Notes under the pieces: model-generated
Told to the model about the DNA's origin: nothing
The model's input: the letters and a program-made list of their open reading frames with translations, nothing else
Database searches by the model: none
Source of the DNA: Patescibacteria group bacterium
GTDB taxonomy: Bacteria > Patescibacteriota > Patescibacteriia > JACRDY01
Length of the DNA stretch: 64,000 bases
Reading direction: 5' to 3'
NCBI GenBank assembly: GCA_041653535.1
Contig: JBAZFH010000001.1
Coordinates: 150,175 to 214,174, forward strand
Shown here: piece by piece, positions 1 through 9,900 of the stretch
Position numbering within the stretch: the stretch's first letter is position 1
Layout: each line of letters opens with the position of its first letter
Position numbers and translations under genes: made by a program

Positions 1-285
1 ATTAAGCAAATACCGGCAGGGAAAGTGGCGACTTATAGCCAGATTGGGCAAAAACTGGGAAACCGGAGACTAGCAAGGGCGGTTGGCGCAGCTTTAAAAA
101 ACAATAAAAATTCTTTTGTTATTTGTCGTGACCGAAAAATAGCCGTTCCTTGTCACCGGGTAGTTTGTGCTACTGGTAAAATCGGTGGGTTTAATGAGGG
201 ATTAAAGAAAAAAAGACTACTTTTGCAAAAAGAAGGAGTTAAAGTTTTTGGCGGTCGAATTGATCTAAAGACGTTTGGCTGGTAA
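1..285 (+). CDS. ogt: Methylated-DNA--protein-cysteine methyltransferase (MGMT family), 5'-truncated by window edge
   Basis: IPAGKVATYSQI...ARAVGAAL...VPCHRVV active-site motif; frame is open back to position 1. Confidence 0.88.
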   Translation: MKQIPAGKVATYSQIGQKLGNRRLARAVGAALKNNKNSFVICRDRKIAVPCHRVVCATGKIGGFNEGLKKKRLLLQKEGVKVFGGRIDLKTFGW

Positions 286-298
286 ATAGATAAAATAT

Positions 299-330
299 AA
301 AACCCCCACGAGTTGTTTCGTGGGGGTTTT
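299..330. terminator. Bidirectional intrinsic terminator
   Basis: AAAACCCCCACGA-gttgtt-TCGTGGGGGTTTT perfect hairpin between convergent genes. Confidence 0.85.
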
Positions 331-337
331 TGAATTA

Positions 338-1204
338 TTATTCTTCGGTCGTTGCGGCAGCAGCTTCTTGCCCTGCCTCTTTTTTGGTCAGCTGTTCTTG
401 CCTGCGTAAACGTGTCATCAGGGCAAGAAGGTCGATCAAAAACGTTTTTTGGGCGACGGTTTCGGCGTTGGTGGCTATGGTGCTGCGCGATCCACGAGTC
501 GACATTTTTCCTTGGTTGTAAGGAGCGAGAAGTTTGCCGAGTGCTCTATACAACTCACGGTCGTAGACGCCGAGAATCTCGATGCATTTTCCGATACGTT
601 CGACGATCGGCCAGTCTACCATGGCTTGTTCTCCTGGTCTTAAAAAGCGGAGCGCATCTTCGGTGACAGCTGTGATAGTCTTGGTGAAGAAGGGGAAAAG
701 GAGCTTGGTTGCTTCTTTTACTATTTTTCTATCGATACCCTTGTTCGGGTCGGCGATGCGAGCGAGAAAGGTTTTGGTTGCCAGGCGGATACCGCGATTG
801 ATGACAAAGTCGTTACTTGTGTCAATAGTAAATTTAATGGCGCGCAGCAGCGTTACTTTTCCGTTCCGTTGTCTTTCTGCGTCGGCATAAAGAACATACC
901 ACTCGAGTAGCTCTTCCCACATTCGATTGGAGGCATTTTTTTCAAGCTTTTGTAACTGGGAAATGATGTTTTCCAACCAGTCGGCAAGCCATTCGTCGAT
1001 TTTATATTCGTGTCCCTTGGAGCAGGTTTTGATCGTTTCCAGGCACTGGAGGCGGACTTCGGTGATAGAGTAGCTGGCAAAGATTTGTAATTGTTTCAAG
1101 GGAAAGTCTAAGAAAGAATCCTCTTTGGCGTCAGCCATGAGACTAGCAAATCGTTGCGAAGCTAAAAGTACTGGTGGCTCTTTTTCATTGAACTTTATTG
1201 GCAT
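338..1204 (-). CDS. Hypothetical, probably alpha-helical protein
   Basis: Long ORF; ATG at 1204 (MPIKF) is preceded by AAAGGAG, so preferred over the track start at 1246; no recognisable motif. Confidence 0.7.
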   Translation of the reverse strand: MPIKFNEKEPPVLLASQRFASLMADAKEDSFLDFPLKQLQIFASYSITEVRLQCLETIKTCSKGHEYKIDEWLADWLENIISQLQKLEKNASNRMWEELLEWYVLYADAERQRNGKVTLLRAIKFTIDTSNDFVINRGIRLATKTFLARIADPNKGIDRKIVKEATKLLFPFFTKTITAVTEDALRFLRPGEQAMVDWPIVERIGKCIEILGVYDRELYRALGKLLAPYNQGKMSTRGSRSTIATNAETVAQKTFLIDLLALMTRLRRQEQLTKKEAGQEAAAATTEE

Positions 1205-1302
1205 CTTGATTCTCCTTTGCCCTGGTGGGCGGTTGTCAGTGAACACTGCCTGTTGGCAGCTATTTAACTTAACACTATGGGAAGGAATTGGTCAAGAAGG
1301 AG

Positions 1303-1352
1303 AAATTAGGAACTGGGAATTGGGATCTGGGAATTGGGAACTAGAAAATTGG
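1303..1352 (+). repeat. Degenerate heptamer tandem array (GAAYTRG-like, 7 units)
   Basis: aaattag gaactgg gaattgg gatctgg gaattgg gaactag aaaattgg. Confidence 0.8.
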
Positions 1353-1391
1353 CGGAGTTATTACTTTTTTGCTAAAATAAAGACAGTTTTT

Positions 1392-2498
1392 ATGAAAGAA
1401 GCAGAGCTAGCAAACCAAATTAAAGAGTTAAAAGACCGAGTAGAAAAAACTCGGAGTTTGATTAATTTGGATAAATCTAAAATTGAGATTAAACAGCTGG
1501 AGAGTCAAATGTCTGCACCGGATTTTTGGGCTGATCAGGATCGAGCCAAAACCGTTTCTCAGCGACTAGCGGCACTGGGCGCTGAAATCAAAAAATGGGA
1601 CGATTTGACGGCAGCGATAGAGGAGCTAGGAGAAATTGTTGGACTGGATCAAAAAGATCAGGAGGTCAGTTTGCGGGTTGAAACCGAAGAACGGCTCGCC
1701 GCGTTAGAAAAAGAATTTGTCGATATGGAATTTCTGGTTTTGTTTGATGGAAAATATGATACTGCCAATGCAGTGGTAGCGATTCACGCCCGCGCTGGTG
1801 GAGTGGACGCTCAAGACTGGGTAGAAATACTATTACGAATGTTGATGCGTTTTTGTGAAAATAAGGGTTTTGCTGTAAAAGTACTGAGTGAATCACGTGG
1901 TGCCGAAGCGGGGATCAAGAGCATTTTTTTTGAGGTTATTGGGCGTTACGCCTATGGTTATCTTAAATCAGAAAATGGCGTTCATCGCCTGGTGCGGATT
2001 TCTCCGTTTGACGCCGAAAAAATGCGTCACACCTCTTTTGCTTTAGTCGAAATAATACCGGAGCTAGAAGAGGTGGGTGATATCGAGATAAAAGATGAAG
2101 ATTTGCGGATTGATGTTTATCGCGCCGGTGGTCATGGTGGGCAAAGTGTTAATACCACCGACTCGGCAGTGCGGATTGTTCATCTGCCCACGGGTATCAC
2201 TGTTACTTGTCAAAATGAGCGCAGTCAGCGGCAAAACAAAGAAACCGCCATGAAAGTTTTAAAATCAAAATTACATCAGTACTACCAGACTGAAATTGAA
2301 GAAGAGCGTCAGGTGCTGCGCGGCGAGTTTACCGAGGCTGCTTGGGGTAATCAAGCCCGGTCTTACGTTATCCATCCGTATAAAATGGTCAAAGATCATC
2401 GGACTGGCTATGAAACATCTGACACTGATAGTGTTTTGAACGGGGATCTGCAACCGTTTGTGGAGAGCTATCTTAAACATCTAAAGAACGGAGTATAG
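1392..2498 (+). CDS. prfB: Peptide chain release factor 2
   Basis: GVHRLVRISPF (SPF motif), GGHGGQSVNTTDSAVR (GGQ), WGNQARSY; start MKEAEL at 1392. Confidence 0.97.
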   Translation: MKEAELANQIKELKDRVEKTRSLINLDKSKIEIKQLESQMSAPDFWADQDRAKTVSQRLAALGAEIKKWDDLTAAIEELGEIVGLDQKDQEVSLRVETEERLAALEKEFVDMEFLVLFDGKYDTANAVVAIHARAGGVDAQDWVEILLRMLMRFCENKGFAVKVLSESRGAEAGIKSIFFEVIGRYAYGYLKSENGVHRLVRISPFDAEKMRHTSFALVEIIPELEEVGDIEIKDEDLRIDVYRAGGHGGQSVNTTDSAVRIVHLPTGITVTCQNERSQRQNKETAMKVLKSKLHQYYQTEIEEERQVLRGEFTEAAWGNQARSYVIHPYKMVKDHRTGYETSDTDSVLNGDLQPFVESYLKHLKNGV

Positions 2499-2541
2499 AG
2501 TATATAGGGGTCGGTGTTAATTCCCTACATACTATATACTC
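2491..2541. repeat. Intergenic hairpin made of GAGTATA-like units (possible terminator)
   Basis: gagtatagagtatataggg ... ccctacatactatatactc inverted repeat. Confidence 0.6.
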
Positions 2542-2559
2542 GCCTCTCTATACTAATTT

Positions 2560-3438
2560 ATGTCTTTCATCGGAGTTATTTTAGCGGTCGTTGCTTTATT
2601 TTCTTGGGGTTTTGGTGATTTTTTTATTCAAAAATCAGCCCGGTCTCTGGGCACTTGGCAGGCGCTATTTTTAATTTGTCTTTTTGGTGCCATATTTACT
2701 TTTCCTTTTGTAATTAGTGAGCTAGGTTATTTAAATCTTTGGAGCGTGCTTATTTTGCTTTTACTTTCCGTGGTTTTGACTTTTGCCGCGCTATTTGATT
2801 TTGAAGCTTTGAAACAAGGAAAATTAGCGGTTATAGAGCCGTTGATGGGGTTGGAGTTGCCTTTGACTGTGGCTTTAGGCGCGGTTTTGATAGGTGAAAA
2901 ATTAACCGTAATTCAGGCTTTATTGATTTTAGTTGTTTTTCTTGGCATCGTAATGGCGGCTACTGTTCATCACACTTATCTTTTTTACCACCGTAGGTTG
3001 CTGGAAAAAGGTGTCATATTTGCCGGTTTGGGCGCAATTACTATGGCGCTGTCTAATTTTTTAACCGGTGTAGGCAGCAGAAAGACTTCGGCTTTTATGT
3101 CGATGTGGTTTGTGGATGTTTTTTTGATGCTGGTTTGTTTGGTCTATTTGATTTATCGGCGTGAGCTCAAAGATTGTTTTGTAAAACTTAGTCGTAATAC
3201 CAAAGTAGTTCTTGGTCAATGCTTTTTTGATAATATTGCTTGGGTGGCATACGCCTGGTCTATGGTGCTCATACCTATTGGCGTGGCAACGGCAATCAGC
3301 GAAAGTTATATTGTTTTGACGGTTATGCTTGGTATCTTTGTTAATCATGAAAGGTTGAAAAATCATCAGATACTCGGCGCGGTAATGGCGGCAATCGGAG
3401 TAATATCGCTTTCATTGATAACAGCGACGGGATATTAG
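2560..3438 (+). CDS. DMT/EamA family transporter
   Basis: About 10 hydrophobic segments in two repeats; WGFGDFF, GEKL and HERL motifs. Confidence 0.85.
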   Translation: MSFIGVILAVVALFSWGFGDFFIQKSARSLGTWQALFLICLFGAIFTFPFVISELGYLNLWSVLILLLLSVVLTFAALFDFEALKQGKLAVIEPLMGLELPLTVALGAVLIGEKLTVIQALLILVVFLGIVMAATVHHTYLFYHRRLLEKGVIFAGLGAITMALSNFLTGVGSRKTSAFMSMWFVDVFLMLVCLVYLIYRRELKDCFVKLSRNTKVVLGQCFFDNIAWVAYAWSMVLIPIGVATAISESYIVLTVMLGIFVNHERLKNHQILGAVMAAIGVISLSLITATGY

Positions 3439-3510
3439 AAAAGATAAAAATTAAGCACCAAAAAAAGCAGATAAAAGACATTTGATTTTAAAAAATTTTC
3501 ATTTAATTTT

Positions 3511-4440
3511 ATGCGTATTATTGTTACCGGCGGTGCCGGGTTTATCGGCTCGCACATTGTCGATCGACTGATTAAAGACGGTCATCATGTTACCGTGGTT
3601 GATGATTTGTCGACCGGTAAAAAGGCGAATCTTAATCCCAAGGCCAAATTTTATAAATTAAGCGTGACTAGCGATAAATTGTCGGCTGTCTGGCAAAAGG
3701 TAAAACCGCAGGCGGTTTTTCATCTGGCGGCGCAAATGAGCGTTCGTCATTCGGTTGAAAATCCTAAATTTGACGCTAGTGTTAATATTGTCGGCGCTAT
3801 TAATGTTTTGGAAAACTGCCGTAAATATGGAACAAAAAAGGTGATTTTTAGCTCCACAGGCGGGGCAATGTACGGTGAAGCGCCGCGCAGATTTATTCCT
3901 ACACGCGAAAGTTATCCGCCGCAACCGCAGTCGCCATACGGTATTGCCAAATATTCCGTTGAACATTATCTTGAATATTATTATGAAATATTCGGATTAC
4001 GTTACGTGGCGTTGCGGTTTTCCAACGTTTATGGCCCGCGACAAAACAGCCATGGCGAAGCTGGAGTAGTGGCAATATTTATCGATCGTTTGCTCCGGGG
4101 TAAGCAGCCGGTAATCAATGGTGTCGGTGTTCAGACCCGCGACTATGTTTATGTCAGTGACGTGGTTGACGCGGCGATGCTGGCAATGAAAAGAAGCAAA
4201 ATCGGCAGCTATAATATTAGCACTGCCAAAGAAACTAACGTTAATCAAATTTTTAACAAAATTACCAAAGCGCTGAAGACTAAAATCAGAGCCAAACATG
4301 GTTCGGCAAAAATCGGCGAGCAACGCCGGAGTTGTCTGAGTTATGATTTGGCGAGCAGAGATCTTGGTTGGAAACCGAAGATGAGGTTAGATGAAGGGAT
4401 AAAAAAGACAGCGGAATGGTTTAAAAATAATAATAAGTAA
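3511..4440 (+). CDS. NAD-dependent epimerase/dehydratase (UDP-glucose 4-epimerase-like)
   Basis: TGGAGFIGSH Rossmann motif, HLAAQ, YGIAK (YxxxK), NVYGPRQ. Confidence 0.9.
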   Translation: MRIIVTGGAGFIGSHIVDRLIKDGHHVTVVDDLSTGKKANLNPKAKFYKLSVTSDKLSAVWQKVKPQAVFHLAAQMSVRHSVENPKFDASVNIVGAINVLENCRKYGTKKVIFSSTGGAMYGEAPRRFIPTRESYPPQPQSPYGIAKYSVEHYLEYYYEIFGLRYVALRFSNVYGPRQNSHGEAGVVAIFIDRLLRGKQPVINGVGVQTRDYVYVSDVVDAAMLAMKRSKIGSYNISTAKETNVNQIFNKITKALKTKIRAKHGSAKIGEQRRSCLSYDLASRDLGWKPKMRLDEGIKKTAEWFKNNNK

Positions 4441-4477
4441 TAATAGTATCTTTTTTTTACGTATCTAGCGTTTATTT

Positions 4478-5035
4478 ATGTTAATCGTTAAACCAAGCAA
4501 AAAGGGAATTGATCAAGCAGTAAGATGGTTGCGTGCTGGCGGTGTTATTGTTTATCCCACAGATACGGCCTATGGTTTGGGTGGAGTGATTGGTAATCCG
4601 GCAGTAGTTCGCCGGGTATTGCGTATTAAAAAACGTCGAGACCGCAAATTTACCGTTGTTTGCGCCGATTTGAACCAGGCGAAAAAATTTTTTCGGTTGA
4701 ATAAGTTAGCTGCGCGGTTGGCAAAAAAATATTGGCCCGGTCCTTTGAGTATTGTTGTTAGTTCCAGCTTTTCGATTCGGGTTCCGGCTAATAAGCTAAC
4801 GCAAAAATTGGTTAAACTTGCCGGGCGACCGCTTATCGCCACTTCGGCTAATTTGTCGGGTAATGCCGCGCCTTATAGCGGCAGAGTAGTAATTAAAGAG
4901 TTTAAAAATCAAAAGAATCAGCCGGATTTAGTAATAAACTCCGGAAAACTAAAGAAAACTTCACCATCGACAATTGTTAAGATCAGGGGCGAAAAGATTG
5001 AGGTTTTGCGGCAGGGAAGTGTAAAAATATTATAA
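4478..5035 (+). CDS. tsaC: L-threonylcarbamoyladenylate synthase (TsaC/Sua5/YrdC)
   Basis: YPTDTAYGL, IKKR, WPGPLS, TSANLSG, PSTIV. Confidence 0.92.
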   Translation: MLIVKPSKKGIDQAVRWLRAGGVIVYPTDTAYGLGGVIGNPAVVRRVLRIKKRRDRKFTVVCADLNQAKKFFRLNKLAARLAKKYWPGPLSIVVSSSFSIRVPANKLTQKLVKLAGRPLIATSANLSGNAAPYSGRVVIKEFKNQKNQPDLVINSGKLKKTSPSTIVKIRGEKIEVLRQGSVKIL

Positions 5036-5036
5036 T

Positions 5037-5867
5037 ATGCTTTTGGAAAATACCCTTGATGTTTTAGAACACTACGGTATTCGTCCGCGTAAAGGCTATG
5101 GGCAGAATTTTTTAGTTGATCAAGAAGTTCTTGACGACATTGTTAATAGTGCTGATTTGAAAAAGAACGACAAGGTTTTGGAAATCGGTCCTGGTTTGGG
5201 GGTTTTGACGGAACGGTTGGCGGCGGACGCGGCAAAAATTTTGGCGATTGAAGCCGATCCGTTGATGCGTAAAATATTGGTGCCAAAGTTTAAAAAAATA
5301 TTAAACGTGGAAATAATGGCTGCTGATGCGCTGCAACTATCGTCAGGAGATATTAGTGAAAAGTTGGGCGATGATTACAAGATTGTAGCTAATTTGCCGT
5401 ACAATATTACGGGAAAATTTTTGCGTAAGTTTTTGACCATGTCGCCTTTGCCAAAAAGTTTGGTTTTGATGTTGCAAAAAGAGGTGGCGGAAAGAATCGT
5501 GGCACGAAGCGGAAAAATGAGTCTGCTGGCTGTTGCCGTGCAGATTTATGGCGAGCCAAAAATAGTTCGGGTGGTGGCTAGCGAGAGTTTTTACCCGCAG
5601 CCGGAGGTAAAGTCGGCAATAATAAAAATAGTCAGGCGACCGGAGGATTTTTTCGTTAAACAAGGGGTGGATGCCAAGAAATTTTGGCAGATAGTGCGCA
5701 TTGGTTTTTCTTCTCGACGCAAACAATTGCAAAACAATCTAAGTGCCGGTCTAAAAATAGAAAAAGATAAGATAATAAAGGTTTTAAATAAAGCTAAAAT
5801 AGCAGAAAAAGCTCGAGCGCAGGAGTTGTTCTTAAATGATTGGATTAGGTTGGTTAAAATGTTTTGA
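5037..5867 (+). CDS. rsmA: 16S rRNA m6,2A dimethyltransferase
   Basis: GQNFL, LEIGPGLGVLT, VANLPYNIT, QKEVAERI, F.SRRKQL.N. Confidence 0.96.
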   Translation: MLLENTLDVLEHYGIRPRKGYGQNFLVDQEVLDDIVNSADLKKNDKVLEIGPGLGVLTERLAADAAKILAIEADPLMRKILVPKFKKILNVEIMAADALQLSSGDISEKLGDDYKIVANLPYNITGKFLRKFLTMSPLPKSLVLMLQKEVAERIVARSGKMSLLAVAVQIYGEPKIVRVVASESFYPQPEVKSAIIKIVRRPEDFFVKQGVDAKKFWQIVRIGFSSRRKQLQNNLSAGLKIEKDKIIKVLNKAKIAEKARAQELFLNDWIRLVKMF

Positions 5868-5892
5868 CATAGTTTGAAAAAGTTTGTATAAT
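5864..5892 (+). promoter_or_regulatory. Perfect sigma70 consensus promoter
   Basis: TTGACA (5864-5869), 17-bp spacer, TATAAT (5887-5892). Confidence 0.85.
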
Positions 5893-5947
5893 TATCACAG
5901 TTTGGTAAGTCAAAAAACAGGTTACCCCACTTGTTTATTTATTGTAT

Positions 5948-6901
5948 ATGCCACAAAAATTTTTAGTGGAAAAAAAAGACGATTACTCGGCTGGTACGGG
6001 CGATGAAATCCCTGTAGCATTGCCTTCTCAAAAAATCGGGGTTAAAAGCGACAAACGTTTTGTCACTCTGATAGTGGTGGTAGTGATAGCGACCATAATT
6101 TTAGGTTTATGGCAGATCAAGCGCAATGTTAGTTCTCCTTTTGAAGCGCTTTTGAGAAAAAGTCCGAAAGTTGATCTATCGGCTTTAAATAAAGATTCGA
6201 ATGAGGAAGCTAAAAAAACCGATACTGACGGCGATGGTTTAAACGACTGGGATGAAACCAATATTTATACCACTAGTATTTATCTCGCTGATACTGACAG
6301 TGACGGTATTGATGACGGAGTAGAAGTGTTGCAGGGTAAAAATCCTCTTTGTCCCGAAGGTCAGGATTGCAGTTTCGAAGAATCAATAAAAAGCGATACG
6401 CAAACAACAAATACTAACGATAGCCGCCCCGTCGGTATATCTACCGATGTTTCGGGAAGCGATTTATTGCAAGATAGTTTTGCTTCGGAAGAGGTTAACA
6501 GTCTTGGCTATACCGCCCAGCAAACCAAGGATTTGGCTGCTAAGCTTCGCGACGTACTGGTCGCTGACGGCGGTATGGACAGAGCGGCTCTTGATCAAAT
6601 ATCCGACGAAGAACTTTTGGCGCAGTTTTTGGAAGTAGCGAGGCAGGATAGCGGTACCGGAGCGACAGCTAATACTAACAGCCAGACAACAACTAACACC
6701 AATACCGCGGCTGCCAGTAGCGAAACCAAAGAGGTGAGCAAGGAGGATATGATCGCCGCGGTGGACACGATGGCCGGGACGGAATTGCGACGGCTGCTAC
6801 TCGAAAGCGGTCTTGATCAGGCAGTAATTGATAAAAGCAATGATGATACTTTGCGAAAACTATTAAAAGCGGTTCTAGAAGAACAGGCTGCCAAGGAATA
6901 A
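5948..6901 (+). CDS. Membrane-anchored protein with thrombospondin type-3-like Ca-binding repeats
   Basis: Single TM, then DTDGDGLNDWDE and DTDSDGIDDGVE, then NPLCPEGQDC; ATG at 5948 (TTG at 5942 is the alternative). Confidence 0.75.
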   Translation: MPQKFLVEKKDDYSAGTGDEIPVALPSQKIGVKSDKRFVTLIVVVVIATIILGLWQIKRNVSSPFEALLRKSPKVDLSALNKDSNEEAKKTDTDGDGLNDWDETNIYTTSIYLADTDSDGIDDGVEVLQGKNPLCPEGQDCSFEESIKSDTQTTNTNDSRPVGISTDVSGSDLLQDSFASEEVNSLGYTAQQTKDLAAKLRDVLVADGGMDRAALDQISDEELLAQFLEVARQDSGTGATANTNSQTTTNTNTAAASSETKEVSKEDMIAAVDTMAGTELRRLLLESGLDQAVIDKSNDDTLRKLLKAVLEEQAAKE

Positions 6902-6955
6902 TAATCGAGGCAAAAAAAGTTTTTATTTTTTGGTAAAATATAGTATAATAAGGCT

Positions 6956-9900
6956 ATGCAAAAAAAGGCGAACAAAGTAATTATTAGCTTATTGCTAGCG
7001 ATTTTTTGTTTGTTTTTATTTTTACCTTGGCATAGTATTTTAGCGCAAGATTTGGGTGGAGGAGAGGTTGTTTATGGACCGGAAAATAATCCTAACCCCA
7101 TAACTCCGGCAACACCGGCTGGTGCCGCAGTCATGGTTACTGATATTATTAACAATACGGCAGCGAATATTAAAGAGGTAATAACTTCAATAAGGCAAAA
7201 GATAGTGCAAGAATTGGAAGCTTCTTTGAAGTTTTCGTTGGTCAGTTCACTGGATCAAATGTCGCGGATGTTTGCTCACGAAGTAGCGCTTAAAGTTGCT
7301 CAGGGTCGCGACGGACTTCGGTCTTTCAAAGATGCCAGAACTTGGGAGCAAATCTGGACCGACACTTGGCAGTCGGGAGCCGGTGAATTTATCGGCACTT
7401 TTTCCGAAGACTTTTTTGGCGATTCCTCGATATTATGTAATCCCAATCCTTACGTCAGATTTTTTATTACTATTTCTTTGTTTGAAACAGAAGTACCTAC
7501 GCCAAAATGCGACTGGCGTGAAATTCAAGAAGCCTATACCGGTCTTGCCGAACAAAGCCCGAAAGAGTGGTTGTCGCGTTTACAGTCTTCTTTCGAACCG
7601 AATCAGAGCGATGCCGGCGCTTTTTTGATCGCTCTTGATGAGCTGGAAAAGGAAAAAAATAAAAAAATTGAAGCTAATTTTACTCCGCTGTCAGTGGATT
7701 TTTCCGGTCGCTATCTGGATAACACTAACGCCGGAAAATTTTTGACAGAAAGCAGAAAAGATCTGGAGTGGTTTGTCCAGACGTCTTTTGTCGACATGCC
7801 TAGGGATATAGCGGTTGGTAAAAGCCTTACCGCTATTACGGTTGGTTCGATTCTTGCTCCCGCCATTCAGCAGTTTTCTCAAACCTATATATCCGAAGTG
7901 ATGAAAACAGCCCTCAAAGATTTATGGGGACTGAAAGATCCTTGTGATATAAAAGATAAAAAAGGTCAGGCGGTGATTTCTTGGTGCGACGACGATGGCG
8001 CTCACGAGCAGGGTCCTCCGGGCGGTACGGGTACCGGTTATGCCGGCAGTTATAATCAGACAGAGCAAGAAGCGCAAAATACGCTATCTTCTCTTTTGGT
8101 AACCAAAGTTAGACTGGGCGGTGAATACGATATTGTCAGCGAGCTCGCGGCTTGTCCGAATCAATATCCAAATTTGAATAATTGTACTATTAACCAGGGT
8201 TTTGCTGACGCAATTTTTCAAGAAATGACTCTTCAGTCAGCCGTGGATCAGGGGTTGGTGGACGGCAATTGGGCTTTTGGTTATAGCTCCCCGCAGACCG
8301 GTCTGGAGCCCGGTCCGGATGACGGTATTTCTCAGAGCAATATCAAAAAATTGCGAAAATATAGAATCGTGCCAACCGGTTGGGAACTGGCGGCAAATTT
8401 GATTAAGCAAATTTCAGAAGAGCAAAAATCAAACAATACCAAATCTTTACGTTCACTAATGGAAGATTTTTATAAAACCGGTCCTAATAAAATTTGCGAC
8501 GGTTTTGCCGATGACGGCAGTTTAGTTGATTCAGAAGAAAGTCCGTTTTGCGGTCTGGTTGACCCGGAATGGGTGCTCAAAGCACCGCAACAAAAATGTA
8601 CCGCCCTTGCTTACGGACCGATTCATATTACCGGCGGGATGCGTCAGGAAGATTGCGCCAACACGGTAGATTGTATTTTGGAAAACGACGACGGCAGTTG
8701 TCGTTCTTGGGGACAATGTACGCGGGAACGCAATATTTGGTGGTTTGACGGTGATAGTTGTCCGGCGCAATATGATAGCTGTCAAGAATTTGCTCGCACC
8801 TCTGATAGTCAGAAATTTAGTTATCTTAAAAACAGTTTGCAATATACGCAGTGTAATTCTGCCAACGCCGGTTGCAAATGGTATGCCGTGCAAAAAGACG
8901 GTGATAATTGGCAGAAATCATCAGGTATTTATTTCGATCGTGATGTCGAAGAATGTAATGAATCAAATGCCGGTTGTAACGCGGTAATCCGCAGCTATTC
9001 CGGATCCGGTACCAACCTGGTAGTCAACGGCAGTTTTAGCGATTATTATATCGCCAATGACGGAGATGAAAAAAATTATCATTTTTACGATTGGACTTAT
9101 AATGGTAGTGGAAAATTGGTTCCAGAAGAAGGAGACGTGGCATCTAAAGGTTCTGTGATTATTCCTGCTGGCGGTCGGATCGAACAAAGTGTTGATGCCG
9201 GATATTACCTTGGCGGCAGGACGTTCATTATGGCTTTTGACGGTCAAAATTGCGGCAGTAACACGGCGATTCAGTTTGCCGCGGTCAATACTACTCTTGG
9301 AGCCATTGCCGCTGATGCGGATTTAACGCAGTGGAATTCTTATTCCATTACTTATACTTTCCCGGCAAATACCAGCGCTCACGTCATGGATTTTAAATTT
9401 TTATCGGTTTCCGATTCATGCCATTTTGACAATATCCAAATAGAGGAAGGTAAAATCAGCAGTGGTTATCGCGAATATGGTAATAATAATATTGCCTATC
9501 TAAAAATAGCTCCGGAATATTTAAACTGTGACGGTAGCGCTACAGAGCCTGGCGAATGCGATAATTACGCCCCGACATGTTCTGCCGATGATGTTGGTTG
9601 CCAAAATTATACCGATTTGTCGGACAGTACTGTTATTCCCGGTGTAGTAACCGACGAAGATTATTGTCCTGCTGAGTGCGCTGATTATAAAACCTACAAA
9701 CAAACAGCTTCCAATTTCTTTAAAGAAAAATTTCCCGTGTATTTTATTGCCAGCACCGCTACCAGCTGTTCGGCAAAACAATCTGGTTGTGAAGAATTTA
9801 CCAATTTAGACAATTTGGCTGCCGGCGGAGAGCAAAGGGAAGATTATTCATTTTTGCGCCGTTGTCAAAAACCGGCACCATTTAGCGGTGACTGCGAGTC

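Noticed and set aside
1125-1391. 89-aa N-terminal extension of RF2 in the ORF track
   Set aside because: It overlaps the opposite-strand gene and translates the heptamer array (NWELGSGNWEL); the real start is MKEAEL at 1392.
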